Assembly: GCA_951406725.2 (NCBI GenBank)
Contig: OX597815.1
Location: forward strand, 27,962,001 to 28,026,000
DNA from: Octopus vulgaris
Taxonomy: Eukaryota
Direction: 5' to 3'
DNA: 64,000 bases
Shown here in pieces: positions 15,129 to 30,050 of this stretch. Made by a program: the position numbers and the translations under genes. The notes under the pieces are model-generated. The model saw only the letters and a program-made list of their open reading frames with translations, searched no databases and was not told where the DNA came from. Every line of letters begins with the position of its first letter. Within the stretch, counting starts at the first letter, position 1.

Positions 15129-15652
15129 CTGAGTTGAAGATTTTAGAACTTGAGTAGAGTTTTCACTGATGTCTGGTCACATCTCCACAATCTAAAACTA
15201 TTCTACAAGAGATATAGCATATGTAAGAATAAGTACAGATAAATCATTTCAGAAATTAGGAAGAGGACTATAAAGAAAAAGAAATTGTCATCAATAGCCA
15301 ATTATACTTTGTAATTTTACTAAGAATGTTTGAAAACTGGCATATGACAGGATTCTATAGCTTATATAATTCTTCTCAGTGACAAATGTGTATTAATGTT
15401 TCCCTGTTTATATATAAAAATTTTCAAAGAATCCATAATAACTTATAAGGAAAGCGGATTCAAATATAATTTACTTTTCAAACTCAGAAATAACTTTACA
15501 GCTGTGTGGTCATTAATTCATTATTGGAGACTCATCTTCAGGATGATAAGGACAAATTTATTAGGTGGTTCCAGCTCTAATTAGCCATGACCAAATTTCT
15601 TGGCACAAAATTGTCTGTTAAAGAATAAAAACAGTAAGTTTCGAAGAGTATT

Positions 15653-15903
15653 CTCTTTTCGCCCTTTTAAAGCCTAACCAGGCTCATGGGCCTGGTTTCC
15701 CAGTTTCAATGGAGTATGTGTTACCCAGCTGGATGGGACACCAGTCCATCATAGCGATACTAATTTTTGCCAGCTAGTGGACTGGAGCAACGTGAAATGA
15801 AGTGTCTTGCTCAAGAACAAAACGCGTCGCCTGCTCCAGGAATCGAAACCACAATCTTACGATCATGATGTTGACACCCTAACCACTAAGCCACGTGTCT
15901 CCA
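15653..15903 (-). mobile_element. tRNA-derived SINE with 14-bp TSD
   Basis: A-box tggcttagtggttagg and B-box ggtttcgattcc; TSD TTTCGAAGAGTATT at 15639-15652 and 15904-15917. A related copy lies at ~47530-47755. Confidence 0.9.
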
Positions 15904-18158
15904 TTTCGAAGAGTATTAGCAAAACAAATGAAATGAAATGGCTTCAACCAGGAATTTTTTCATTGATTTACTGGATCTGGGAATGTGGCTGTGCCCATGG
16001 CCTTCCTAAATTGGTTCATAGATTTGGTTCACCAAATATATGTGTATAATATTTACCATATAGTAATGCTTATTTCTTATAGAATGTTAATTAATTACAC
16101 TGGTATTTAACCCACATGTTTGATGGAAGGGAAATAGGAAATCAAAAAGTTAACAAATTTTTCAATGATTTTAGAAATTCAAATCAAATGAAGCAATTTT
16201 AATTGTGTACTGAAATCAGGTTTACAACTTGCAGATATTTTATTAGAGCTAATTTTTTACATACTGGTATTAATATTTCAGAGAAACAGTATTTTCAGAT
16301 AAACCTTGTGATGAAGTGAAGTCTCCAATAGAATCACAAAATTTAGGTCAACACTCGTGTGTTGAGTGTGCTGCTTTACTCCATCTCTGAATGCAAGAGA
16401 ATAGAATCACAAATCTATTATAGAGTTATAGAGGAACATTATGCAGAGAAGAAATTATATAAATGTTTTCTCCCAAATATCAACATGTAAAATCCAAAAT
16501 CACTTACATAGATGAAAAAAAAAAAAATTGTCGGCATATAAACAAATTTTACCCCTACATACAAACATATATAAATAGAAACAATCCCTACCTATGCAAG
16601 AATCATAAAAATTATATCTTAAAAGAATCAGTGAAAGATTTTTGTGTAAAGAAGTGAAAACTGGAAGCAGAGAAAATTTATGACATGTATACAAATAAAA
16701 TAATCAATTTTATATCACACAATACCATGCCATATCACAGAATTGTAGACCGAAAGTCAGTTTAATAATGACATCATAAAATACTTTAAGATCTTCAAAG
16801 GTAAAAAAGAACAGGGCACCTGTACACATCAACATATATTAGCATGTTTTAAAGGAAATACATACATGTGTGAGAGGTTGTGTAAAGTCAATGAAGTCTA
16901 ATACTTACTTAGTGAGATTAAAACCATAATAGCACACAATTCATTACACACATACACATGTGCGTGCGTGCACACACACACACACATCTTCAATGGCCAT
17001 TGATAAATATGAAGAAGAAATAGAAATATGCTGTGCTCTCAGCTTCTTTCAAGTCAAACAGCTTAGCACATCCTTTCTGGAACACATAGGTTAAATATAC
17101 TAATATATTATCTCTTCATTCCTTTTGACTTGCAAAGTTTATTAGAATGTGTAGTGATGTAGCTATGAGATTGAAATGATGGATCACTGAGCACTAGGAC
17201 ATAATGCCGTATATGACATTATATTGTGTCTCTGAAAAAAGTATTTTGCTTTCTCTCTAGTTCACCAAACTGAACATAAACTGGGTCTACTCTTAATTTA
17301 CAATTGAGTGGTTAGTGGTAGGAAAAGCATCTAGCTGTAAATAATTGCTCAATCATGTAAACCATAACAAACATGTAAAAGAAAACAAATTCTGAACAAA
17401 CCAGGTGCCTCTGTTATCATCTCTTCATATTCTAGAGTTATGCATGAAGATACTAATAGCTGTAAGACTGCAGATATTTGCCTTGTATGTAGTAGCTATG
17501 AGAATGCATGTGGTTGATTTGTTGTATATCACTAATTAATTTATCAAAGCTGAGTGAACAAATCTTTGCATTGGAGCAAGTTGATTTACAAATATGTCAT
17601 AAAGCCTGCCTGGTAGAGAAAACAGAGGAATGGGTTCCTTGTTACTTACTCCAGGGTAATGAGTTTGCTGCAACCCAGAGCTAAGCTAACAAAACACTCA
17701 TAACACTCATCAATAAGCACATTGAAGCAACAAAGAAGCCTCTACATGGTTGCTAGACTTGCTAGGAATACCAGTCAAAAGTTCCTCAACTTACTTTCAA
17801 GAGCAAGCTGTTCCATTGATAATATCAACTGGAGCCCTTGTTGTCGTAACTGACGGAGTGCCAGTTTTACATATATAAAATTATAAAGGTAGCTATACAC
17901 AATATAAAGCCCAAAAGGAAAAATTCAATTGTCACTAATTGTGACTGAGGGTGCCGGGTAGCATCTATATTGTTAGACATAGGAGTTAAAACCCTTAAAA
18001 CCAGAAAAAGTACCAAATATTAAGGTAACATTTCCTTGAAAAACATGGGTCAATCATAGCGAAAAGACTCAATTATGTTATTTAATTAGTTACATTAGTG
18101 TCACAAGTCCATCTAAGTAAATCTAACACTGGTTATAACAATCTATTATTATTTAAAT

Positions 18159-18368
18159 AATTGCAGCATGGAAGGTGTTTATAAGCCATTTAAGAAACAC
18201 ACAAAAACCGTTAGATTCATTTAAACATTTAAATTAAATTTGTCAAAATATTTTCATCGCTTTGAGACCGCGACCTGTTCACTGACAAATTAAATTTAAT
18301 GTTTAAGTGAATCTAAAGGTTTTTGTGTGTTTCTTAAATGGCTTATAAACACCTTCCACGCTGCAATT
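18159..18368. repeat. Inverted repeat, ~80-bp arms
   Basis: ggaaggtgtttataagccatttaagaaacacacaaaaacc and its exact reverse complement. Confidence 0.9.
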
Positions 18369-19099
18369 GTTTTTGTTCCAGCACACAATCTCAGATCAAG
18401 TCACTTGCTATGCAAGTACATCTCAGTAATTATTTAATCCTTGATAAACAGTTCTGATTCTGTTTGTATCACAAAAAGCAACATTTTAGATAATTCACTT
18501 TCATTATGTACCGTGATGAATCTAAATCTAAACAATAACAACAACAACAAAAAAAAAACTAAATTGATTCATGGTAGTAGTAGCAAATATATTTAGAATG
18601 TAGATGATTCTATTACAATAGCCTTAAATTCTTAGAAACAATGGAAAACATGAAAACACTAAAAATTTTGAATAGATTTCATTATGTAACAGAAAAACAA
18701 CAGGAAATGAAAAACCAATTAAAAATAATCTATAATCAGTTTTATATAGAGTTATTTCTACATTAAATCAAAACAATAAATCTATAAATTAAATGTGTTT
18801 GTTCATTCACTCATTTGTTTTACGTTTGATTTAGCACCGAATGTAAACACACACACACACATACACACACACACACACGACACGCATGTACAGTTTCAAA
18901 TTTATTCACAAGGCATTAATTGACCTGAGACTATCATAAAAGACACTTGGTCAAAGTGCTGTGCTTTGAGGTTGAACCTGAAATCATATAATTGTGAATT
19001 GAACTGCTTGACTGCACAGCTATACCTGCATCTATACACACACATGTATGCAAATACAGTCATAAATTATCTTAAGAACTGAACTTTAAAATTTCCAAA

Positions 19100-19930
19100 C
19101 TTTGTATCAGACACGAATATTTCTGAGCAAAATTGTCCATCAGCAGGCTTTATCTGACTGTCATCTCTTGTGTCAAAAGCTTTCTATCAAATTGCATCAT
19201 TGCAGTATGCAGTTGGAGCTTATCTTGACTCATAACCCTTTAGATATGGTACTCAGACTCTTCCTTAATGATATTTTTGCTACCACTTGAAGGAATTCTC
19301 AGTTGACTCAGATGATATTACTCTTCACAGCATCCTCACACAACCTAGATAACTCATGTCAAATCTAAACTTTCTATAACAACTAACATCTCAAAAACCT
19401 TCTCCAAAGAGCGCATGGCAATCTTGTCTCTTTCGATATTACAAAGACATAATCATTACACATTCCAAGGAAACAATATTCTATCTTACACTCTTGGGCA
19501 TTATGGAATTAAAATCATTCAAAATCATGACAAATTACTGGCCTCTGGATTCATAGGCATGACCAACTGAGACTCTTTTACTCTTTACTCTTTTACTTGT
19601 TTCAGTCATTTGACTGCGGCCATGCTGGAGCACCACCTTTAGTCGAGCAAATTGACCCCGGGACTTATTATTTGTAAGCCCAGTACTTATTCTATCAGTC
19701 TCTTTTGCCGAACTGCTAAGTGACAGGGACGTAAACACACCTATGGATATTATTGAACCATGTTGCTGAAGAATCTGTCTTGGAATTCTTTTCTATAGCA
19801 TTTTAAGCACATTCAAAATGTTGCTAAAACTGCATTCCAAAGACTCTTCAGAACCAGAAAACACTTCAGCTTTGAACAATTGCTGATTCTCTACAAAAGA
19901 AATACAGTGGAGAATGCAGCTCCTACAACT
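19100..19930 (+). mobile_element. Old LINE RT remnant interrupted by a SINE 3' fragment (~19575-19741)
   Basis: Eroded RT-like motifs (LRLFLND, DD, LVSF..KT); the insert matches the common ctcttttacttgtttcagtcatttgactgcggccatgctggagcacc repeat. Confidence 0.5.
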
Positions 19931-22900
19931 AGGACATTGTTACAGTGCACACACACACACACACACACACCCACCATGCATTCCATAATGATTTTATAAA
20001 AAGTAAACATAATAAATAAATTGGATGTGCTTCCCTTTGGAAATAATAATATGTTAATTAAAATGTTTTTTTTTAAGACTTTCGCTTAAATATTTAGTTT
20101 TTACAAAATTTTGATAGGATCCAGTCAGGTAAAGGAAAATATTTAATGAAAATTCAAACAATTAATAGGAAAAAAAAATCTTATTCTATTTATTATATAT
20201 TTTATTGTTTTTTTGATGGTTTATTTAAGTGAGAATAGTATTTTAAAAGAATATTAGAGAAATACATGAATAATGAAATTAATAGTAAAAAATAGAATTA
20301 AATGACTTGATTGTATCGGAGGTATTATTGATTACTAGCATAAAATTAGACCTCAAATTTTGGGGGATAAAAGAGTATGGTTGATTATATCAACCCCATA
20401 CTGGATTTCACGGGTATTTTACTGTAGTAACCTCAGAAGGATAAAAAGCTAAGTTGACTTCAGTTAGATTTGGACCTAGAATGCAAAAGGATGCAGGTAG
20501 ATATCACATATGATCTGCTTGAAATAGCAACTAGAACTCACTCACATAATGCCCTACTGCCTTACAGAAAGGGAGAGATATAGTGGATAATGTAGTTTGA
20601 AATACATTGTCTGAAAAAGAAATGATTAGATTAGATGGTTAAGGCTAGAATGCCTTTGATAATAAATGTTTGCCAGTCTGAGCTGAGCTGGAGTTAAACA
20701 ACACCAACAACAAAAATTGACATCAATTTCAGTATTTACAGGTGAAAAATAGACATAAACATCTCACTAGAAATGACAAGGAAATGCAAGTGTGGGGTAA
20801 AACATAGGGTTTCAATAGGTGCACAGTGATTGCTTCTTTGGTGCAAACTGGATAAAGAAATATAATAAAATCAATAAACAAAAAAAAAACAATAATCAAG
20901 AAATTTAAGACCAATAAATAGTATTTAGAAAATATATAAAATATATATAAACCTTGTATGATTTCACAATGGTAGGTAAAGAATATTGATTATAAAAGGA
21001 CATTGTCATGATAAACATGAAATAAAAGTAGTTTTCTAATGGCCCTGAATCAAGATTAATGTAAAACACACACACACACACACACAGATTACTTCTATTC
21101 CCTAAGTTATTGCTAACACTGTGCCTGTATTGAGGATAATTGTTTAAAATGTTCATAAAATAATTCTACTCACACAAATGTCTTCTTTGAGTAAACATAT
21201 TTTGAGATTTTATACTACAAGAATCATGTTTTGGGAAGGAATAATTCTCAGTGGGATTCTTACATTCTTTGACTACTTTCACTGGATTGCAGCAATTGTG
21301 GGGCATAGCTTTTAAGGGTTTAGTTGAACAAATCAACCCTGATACTTATATTTCATCCTGGTACGTAATTTATCAAATTCCTATTTGTAGAACTGCTAGG
21401 TTAAAGTATAAAGATGCTGACACGTGTTTGTTGTCATCATCATCATCATCATCATCATCATAAGCTTTCCATGCTGATATAAGTTAGATGGGTTGTCACA
21501 ACTCAAGTCAGTTCTTATTTAAAGTTGGCTTCCCAGACCCCAGGTGAACCGTCCAACCCATGCTAACATGGAAAGCGGATGCTAAATGATGATGATGATA
21601 TCCCTCCTAAATGGGTTACAGGAGCACATCTTACTCATATGTCCCACACATATACACACATGCATGTATGAATGGCTTTTGAACAGTTTCTGTCGACTAA
21701 ATTCCACTCATATGATACTGGTTAAACTGAAGCTACAGTAAAACACACCAAGTCAAGGTTCCATGTGTGGGAATCTAGAATTATGTGATATAAAGCAGAC
21801 TTCTTAGTCACAGAGCGGTAACTGTAATGTCTGCTTTTATAAAACCACCGTTTCTATACAAGAAATTACTGTAGTTTTCCTCATTTAAATTCACAAAGGA
21901 AAGCTAATGGATCCATTCTTGAAGTTCATGGTTTACTGACTTATAGATATGCTTTGTGATGCCTCAATGTTTTCTTGTGCATTCGTCTTTGATTTAATAA
22001 CACCAGCTTCGCAAATCTACACAATTTAGGGCATAAGGTAGAAATTCTTTACAAATTTATTTTATTACTTTGTTGTGTGGCTCTGAATTAAATCAAGGTT
22101 CAAGCAGGTCAAAAGGTTTAAATAGCAAGTTGCTACTGGAGACCCTTATCTGTTACTATATTGCCGATTACAACAGAAACAAAAAACTGACATGCTCTCT
22201 AGGATAAGCATATATCACAAAAGATGAACATATTTGTTTACCTCTACATCTAGCATTCATTGCTCATGATAACATTTCGTTCATCCCATACATTGCTATG
22301 TTTATACATTATGAGCAATGATGTCACATACAAGCTACAAAGCAGAGCGAGTAGTGAAATATATGACAAAGTGAGACAGGATATGAAGTGACAACCTTGG
22401 TAGAATAAGAACATCAATGAGAAGAACATGAAGTAGTAGAGTTACAATGTTATGGGAGCTTTGTCTATTGAAGACTTCATTACACTTGGGTGCCTATCTC
22501 AATCAAACAAAGTGATTACTCAAGCAAAGAACTTTTTAAGATAAAAATTAAAACAACATAAAAAGAAAACTTCAAATTTAGAAAAGTTGTTTCTTTCAAA
22601 GTTAAGAGATCTGAATTCACAACTGGAAAGAAAATATTTCTGAACTGAATCTACTTGAGCTTTGATAAATAATAGTATCTTATAGATAGGTTTATTACAG
22701 AAAATAGTAAGTTAATATGACAGGTAATGAAATACAAAGATCAAAACTTTCTATTTAAGTTCAATATGATGTAATTATTACAGATAATAGTAACATTTTA
22801 AAATCAGAAACTTAGAACATAAATTTTGCAATAAAATCCTCTTTATAACAACATGACTAAGGCAGACATAAACAGACAAACAACAAAAATAACTAGCATA

Positions 22901-25589
22901 TCCACAGTGAAAGGATAACAGATTTACAATGTGTTTACAACAATGATTTGATAATAGAAAAGACATAACACAGAATGGAATCTTCCAATTCAATCACTGC
23001 TGATAAGACTAAAACCATTGGTAAAATAAAACGGTATTTCAACAAAAGGATACAATATCATGACATGTTTGAAAGCAATAATTTAAAATTTAGTGGATCA
23101 ACAATTAAATATTGTAGGTATGTGAATGTTGTTAAATAGAAATATATTTATGGCAGATAAATTTTCTGTTTCCCTTAAATATGTAAACAGAAAAAATAAC
23201 ATCTTATGATTTTACAAATTACTCAGTAAAGATATAGTTTTGAGGAGATGTTAGTATTTTAACTAATTATTTGCAGGTTTTTATTATTTCTTGTGTACTG
23301 CATTGTTCTCATGAGAAAATATTTAAGTTTAATAGATATGAAGGAGACAATAATAAAACATTGAACAAAATCAACATTGATTCAGTAGCTTGGTATTTAT
23401 GAATTCAAATATTGTTTTGGCAAAAGTCTGAGAAAAAACTAAATTATTTTGGGGTAATAGAAAAATTTAGTAGTGCCCTCAAAATGCTTCTGTATCTGAA
23501 AGAAGGTGAGGGGAGTAAAAAGAAAATATTTAAAAAAGAAACAAAAACATATTCATTTGTTACAATGCATTCATTAAAATAGATCCTCACGAAACTTTTG
23601 TTATTTATATTTCTAATTCAAATATATATTTATCTTTGTTCTAATAAATTAAACAATCTAGTCATTACTCCCCCAAATATTGTTTACTATTTATTTTTAT
23701 AATTACATGATCACTGTTGTATAAATCCTATGAATTATGTTTTAATGAATTAATGTTTTTATAATATTTAACACTTATTTGTTATAAAATGGGATTGCCC
23801 ACACAGTAAAAAATTATTCCTGTGACCAGATTTGAATTATACATTTAAGAGAAAAGTACATTAAAAATTCAGTCTTTTGATTTTGAAAAAACCTTATTTC
23901 TATTTTTTAATGATTTTTACATATTTAGATTTTCAGTGATTTAGTATGTCAGTTATTTAGTCAGATTGTTTGTGTAAGAAATTTACAGGTAGACACAGTA
24001 ATAGTAACTATACAGTTATAAATAGGGAGAGGAACCTGCTTTCACCCTTTCTTGGGTTGCAATGTAGGATATGTGCTCCAATTAAATCCATGAATTTGTA
24101 TGTAACCTCATGATGGTAAGTTGCAAGAATTAAATAAAACAGATGAGATACAAATTAATATTTTATAGTTTTAAGGTTTAAATAAAGCATTATTATACTA
24201 TGGATGAAATGGTCAGTGTTATGTTTGGCATTATTAATTCTATTTTTTTTTCTTATAAAGTATTAAAAACAAAATCATTTATAAAATGCAGAATGAAAAT
24301 TGATAAAAGAAATAATAAAATTACTGAAAAATAGTAATATAATAAAAATAGTATATAATACAAGTAGTTCAGCTTGGTGAATTGATAAACAGCTTGATGT
24401 GACATAAGAAGAGGTGGAAATGAAAATGCTACCTAATATTCTAATCTAACAAGGAAACTAAACAAATGTAAAACTAACAAGACTACTAAAATAACACAGA
24501 ATCTAATTAAGCTATTGTCGTAATTAAAAAAAAATTAAATTGTAAAAGCTACAACAACAAAGATACATATGAAAGGTAAGCTACTGTGCAACATAAAAAC
24601 AATTTGACATTAAATATTATAAGATTTTAAGGTATTTTATGGTAAATGAAATAATTAAAAGGAATCAGGTTGTGTATCAATTATATACTCTATATTTAAT
24701 TAATCTCTATAGTAGATCAAACGTGATATTGGGAATCGAAGATGCTAATAAATGATAACCACTGTTTCTAGAAGCATTTCTATCATTGGAAAACATTAAT
24801 CATATCTAATCCAAGCCCACAGCTTTAGGCCTACTCTCTACTTTTCTGTAGGCACACAAACACACACACAATTGTCATCTGTCGTTGTCATTGTTGTTGT
24901 CATTATTGTCGTTATTGTCATCATCATCATCATTATTTTATGTTCATATTCCATGCTGGCATGGATTGGATGGTTTGACAAAATCCAGCAAATTGAAGAT
25001 TGCATGAGCTCTAATGCCGGCTTTGGCATGGTTTTTACAGTTAGATGCCCTGCCTATGGCCAACTGCTTTATGGTGTATACTGGATGCTTCTTTTTCATA
25101 ACACTGGCACTTGTAAGGTCACCAAGTCACTTACAGGACAAAGAAAAAGAAAGAGACTCTTCATTTGAGTGGGAGTCTATTTGAGAGAAGAAGATGGCTT
25201 TAAGTTAGGTGTTGAAAGGCTAAAGTATGATAGAGTGACAAGCACAGGTGTCTTGCTATAGAGGAGATAAAGATGGTGATAATGAGGTGCTGAAGTATAC
25301 TCCCAAGGTACAAGACAAGTATATAAACAAGAATAAGGACAGAGGAGCAGAGTGGAGGGAGAGTGTGGATAATTTCAAAAGAGTATGAAAGATGAGTTAC
25401 ATATGGTTAGAGAGGGGAACAGAGGTGAATGTAGTGAATGATGAACAAGGGTGGAAGTGTGGTCGATGGTAATTATCAGTATGGAGGTGGGGAAGTGAAA
25501 GTGATAGAAGAAGCAGGTCAAGAAAGAAGGGATGATGAGGAGCAGTATGAGAAGGGTGGAGAGCAGTGATATCATAAAGAAGACATGCA

Positions 25590-26330
25590 TAGGCTTGAAA
25601 GAAATGAAGCTAGCATGATCCGCTGGATGTGTAATGTCAGTGTGCACACACGACAGAGTGTAAGTGCCCTGAGATAAATGTTGGACATAAGAAGCATCAG
25701 ATGTGGTGTGCAAGAGAGACATTTGTGTTGGTATGGTCATGTATTATGGATGGATGAGGAGAGCTGTGTGAAGAAGTGCCACTCCCAAACAGTGGAAGGA
25801 ATCTGGGGTAGAGGGAAACCTAGGAAGACATGGGATGAGGTGGTGAAGCATGACCTTCGAATGCTGGGCCTCACAGAGTCAATGACAAAAGACCGAGATC
25901 TCTGGAGATATGCTGTGACTGAGAAGACCCAGCAAATAAAGTGAGTCCACAGCTGTAACCTACACCAGTGTTGCATAACCAGCCCACTCAAAAGTACCTT
26001 GCCATGCATGAGGAGACCTATTGAGTCAGGTACATCAAAATCAAATCAAATCACAATCAAATGGAAATTGTAGCTGTGATCCCTGTGCTGGTGACATGTA
26101 AAAAGCACCATCCAATCAGGGTTGATGCTAGCCCCCTCTGGCCCCTGTGCTGGTGGCATGTAAAAAGCACCCATTACACTCTCAAAGTGGTTGGTGTTAA
26201 GAAGGACATCCAGATGTAGAAGCACTGCTAGATCAGACTGGAGCTTGGTGCAGCCTCCTGGCTTCCCAGACCCCAGTCAAACCATCCAACGCATGCTAGC
26301 ATGGAAAACAGACATTAAATGATGTGATGA
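25590..26330 (+). mobile_element. RTE-clade LINE 3' end with its 3' UTR and (GAT)n tail
   Basis: LCWYGHV...GRGKPRKTW...DRDLWR is typical of the RTE ORF C-terminus; followed by the tail shared with repeats at 12043, 60495 and 63480. Confidence 0.85.
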
Positions 26331-26419
26331 TGAATATTTTTGCTCATTTTCATGATTCTGATATTTAAATTTTTTTTGTCGCAGATTTTTGAATAAAAAA
26401 GGGTCAAGGTTACAAAAAA

Positions 26420-26885
26420 AATGGAGAAAGCTGAGCAAAATACTGTTATAAAGTACCTTCATTTGAAAGACATGACTCCATCAGAAATTCATAAAGATAT
26501 GGTGAGAACCTTAACAGACAATGCTCCTTCAGTCAAATGCTGGTAAATGAATTCAAGCATGGCAGGGAGAGTGTAGAAGTTGATCCCATAAAAGGAGACC
26601 TCCAACTGCGACCGCCAAGGGTAACCCTGACCTTGCTCTTAGTATCATAATGCAAGATCGCCAAATATCATGTTGTCAGATAGCCGAGAGACTGGGCATC
26701 TCAAATGAAAGAGCAGATAACATTGTGACAAAAGAACTTGGGTTCTCAAAGGTTTCCACTAAGTGGGTCACTCACCTTTTGACTCCTGAACAGAAATGCA
26801 CCAGGTGCACTTTGTCCACGAGCAATCTGGAACTGTTTGAAGCCGATGAGAATTTTCTTGCTCGCTTCATTACAATGAATGAAAT
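26420..26885 (+). mobile_element. mariner transposase fragment (pseudogene)
   Basis: HTH region and IAERLGIS...LGFSKVSTKWVTHLLTPEQK (WVPHLLT-type motif)...FLARFITMNE; truncated and frameshifted. Confidence 0.85.
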
Positions 26886-27239
26886 ACTTATAAAAATGCC
26901 TCACCATCTATCTAATACTTGATGTTAGTTCTATAACCTAATGCAATTAAATGCTCCCTAATTATCTTTTCTTGTTAAGCATTCACATGCACTTGGAACA
27001 TATGTAGGAACTAATAACATAAACTTGTGTTTAGCTTAATTCCTCCTACATCTGCTCTGCATTGTAATTCATAATTAATAATACTAAAAAATATAGTAGT
27101 AACTTAACCACTATACTAGAAGCAAATTGGATGATGATAATCAACATGGAGCTCTAAACTTATCGGTAGAAGCCATAAATCTGTTTGTACACATACACAC
27201 ACACACACATAATTGAGTCATCCATGGTACACCACCTGC

Positions 27240-30050
27240 TCCTAAAAGAAAATATGTAGATGTAGCACACACAATGCTGAAGAACTGTCTCTACTCAGAT
27301 GTAGTTAAAATAGGCAGCAACTGAACTTCAGTTTTTTTTTAGTGTGGTGCAAAAATTGTGCAGAAGCTGATCTGGTTATCTCAAATTCAAAATCAGAGCC
27401 ATACCCATCAACACACTTGGCCACCACAAACAACAAATCCAGGTTGGTCACCATTGAGACTTGTGCAGGTGTCACATAGTTTCTTCTGTTGATTGTTAAG
27501 AGCTTGTTACACCTTAGTAACAAAATCAATATTCCATACCTGAGGGATGTTGCATGCAATCAAGTTCTATGCACAGCACTGCCTTGCAAAAATAAAAATA
27601 CTAACTGAACTGGATTAATACATCATTGTATTTCTTATGAGAAACTTCAACTTGTCCAATGTCAGATGGTTTAAAGGTCACTTTATCTCAGGAACGAAGT
27701 AGCATGAATAAAAGGAAGCAGAATCTATGTCCAAACTCACCATGTTATTTATGGAGCAAGTAGCATTTTACCCAACCAGGACAAATGGTATTCTGAATCT
27801 CTGGTTCAAAAATGATATGGAACTCATCCATAACGTGAAAATGACACAGACACTAAATCTAGATTCTCAATATAGAAGACCCAACAATGTATGGGCCAGA
27901 GGAAGCCACAGACATGCAGCCTATAAGAAGTTCACAGACACTATCCAGGATGAACTTCCACAAAGCAAATTGGAAATTAATACAGAAAGAGATCCTCAAA
28001 CAGAATTGGCATATATGTCTCTCCATACCTGATATTGATATGAAACTTAGACAATTTGTGTTAGTAATGCAAGCCATATGCATAAAATTTGTCTCAGAGA
28101 GGAAAGCCAGCTTGCACAAGAACAAAATTCCCATAAAGAGAAAAGTTCTTATGAAATGAAGAACAAAGATTGCAAACTGCCAAAATAAACAGCCAAAAAG
28201 CAGTGAAAACTCTTTTCTAAAACAAATACTAGAGATTAAGAAAAATCTGCAACACTGCTATAAAAATGAGAGCAGAAAAAAAAAATCTTTCTTTAAATTT
28301 GCTAAAGAAACAGCCTCAGTGCACTGCAAGTAGGGCCAACCTTCTAAGGAAATGGTTTCCTAACTACAAACCTCAAAAGGATAAATGAAATTTTGAATTA
28401 GCAATTCAAAAGTATTTTCACCTCCCTTCTGGGGTATATGCAAGTGAGCAAATTAGATAAGTTCTTGGCCACTACAGCTGTACATAGGGAGGCAACAAAG
28501 ATCAATTATATTGAAATAAGCTTAAGCTCAGCTATTGGCTCTGATGGGTTCCCAGCAATCCTTCTAAAAATTCACAAATGAGCCCTGGTAAAACTACTGT
28601 AGTCTCTCTTCCAGAGCTTCCTCAACATTGGAAAGCTTCCAGAAATATTAAAGGAAGGCATAATATGCTCCATTCATAAAAGTGAAAGCAGAGCAGGTGC
28701 TAAAAGTTATAGGCCTACCTCACAGATCCTACAATTAGTAAAATGGAATGAATTGACAAGGAAACTAATCATGTTACTTGAGAAAAAAAATCACTTCCTA
28801 ACTCGCACACGAAGAATCTGTTTGACACAGTTCTTACAATACAATGACCACTTATTAAAACAGTAGTTCAACCACTCAGGTGTGGATATGATATGCAAAA
28901 GCCTGCAATAAAGTCTGTCATGGAATGACATGTCACAAAATGGCATGATCTCTGCATAGTTGAAAAACTGGGAGAGTGGCTGCACAACTTTTTAAAGGAT
29001 AGAAGTCAGGTAGTAATAGCCAATGGGGTCATCTCCCAGGAAATAATGATAGTGAGTAGAGTTCCATAGAGTACTGTTTTGGGGTCACTGCTGTTCATAG
29101 TGGCACTCTCAGACAAGCCTTCAGCTATAAAGACAACCACCCCCACTAGCTATGCAGATGATACAGAAGTACCACAGGTGATAAAGAGCCCTGTAAATGC
29201 TACATTCCTGCAACATGACTTGAATGCTATATGTAAGTGGGCTGAAGAAAATAACATGCAAATTCAATTTTGAAAAATTCCAAACTCTCCACTACCAGCA
29301 ACACAGCTAAATGCAATGCAAGCAAAATAGACTGGACCAAGATAGATTGCAGTCTCAGATTCACAATCCCTATATGATCTGTGCATCAATGTGAGTAGTG
29401 GTATATTGTTTTATTTGCATATCATTAAGTTGGCATTGGAATGTAGACAGCTGACTGGTTGATTTCTAAGAACTTTCAGAGCAGGACGGCAGAAAATCCT
29501 GATGGTCCTCTGGAGGACATTTGTTCTCAGCCATGTTGATTACTGTTCCCAATTGTGATCACCATATATTATAAAATTAACGATAGGACTTGAAGCAATC
29601 CAATGCTGCTACATGAGGATTATTGTTTCAATGCAGCAGATCAGCTACTGGGAAACTGTAAAATGTTATGACTCTGTTCCCTTGAACAAAGACAGGAAAT
29701 ATTTACAGAAATATATGCCTGGAAAATCCTGCAAGGATTTGCACTACACTTTGGCAATGAAAGCTATACTAATCCAAGAACAAGGCACTACTGTATAATG
29801 CTAAAGATCATCCAAATTTTCCAACCAAATTTAGAGCCAGGTACACAATAGCTTAGGGTTCAAAAGCCCACAGCTTTTCAATATCCTACCTAATGGCTTA
29901 AGAGATCTTGATGGTGTGGATGTAGAAGTCTTCAGAAAGCAACTCCACATTCTACTGCCCAGAATTCCAGATAAACCTATTCACAGCAAGAAACATAACT
30001 GAGGGCAGTAACTTCAAACACCTTCAGTCACCAAATGTCAACTAAAGAAG
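27240..30050 (+). mobile_element. Decayed CR1/L2-like LINE (endonuclease + RT remnants)
   Basis: Fragmented ORF2 motifs: PTRTNGILNL, NFHKANW, VP*STVLGSLLF, SYADD, LQHDLNAICKWAEENNMQ; many stops and frameshifts. Confidence 0.85.

Noticed and set aside
16757-16819. tgtacag|VPCSFLPLKILK… possible further terminal exon
   Set aside because: Similarity to VFCLQPFNIL needs a gap and the pyrimidine tract is poor.
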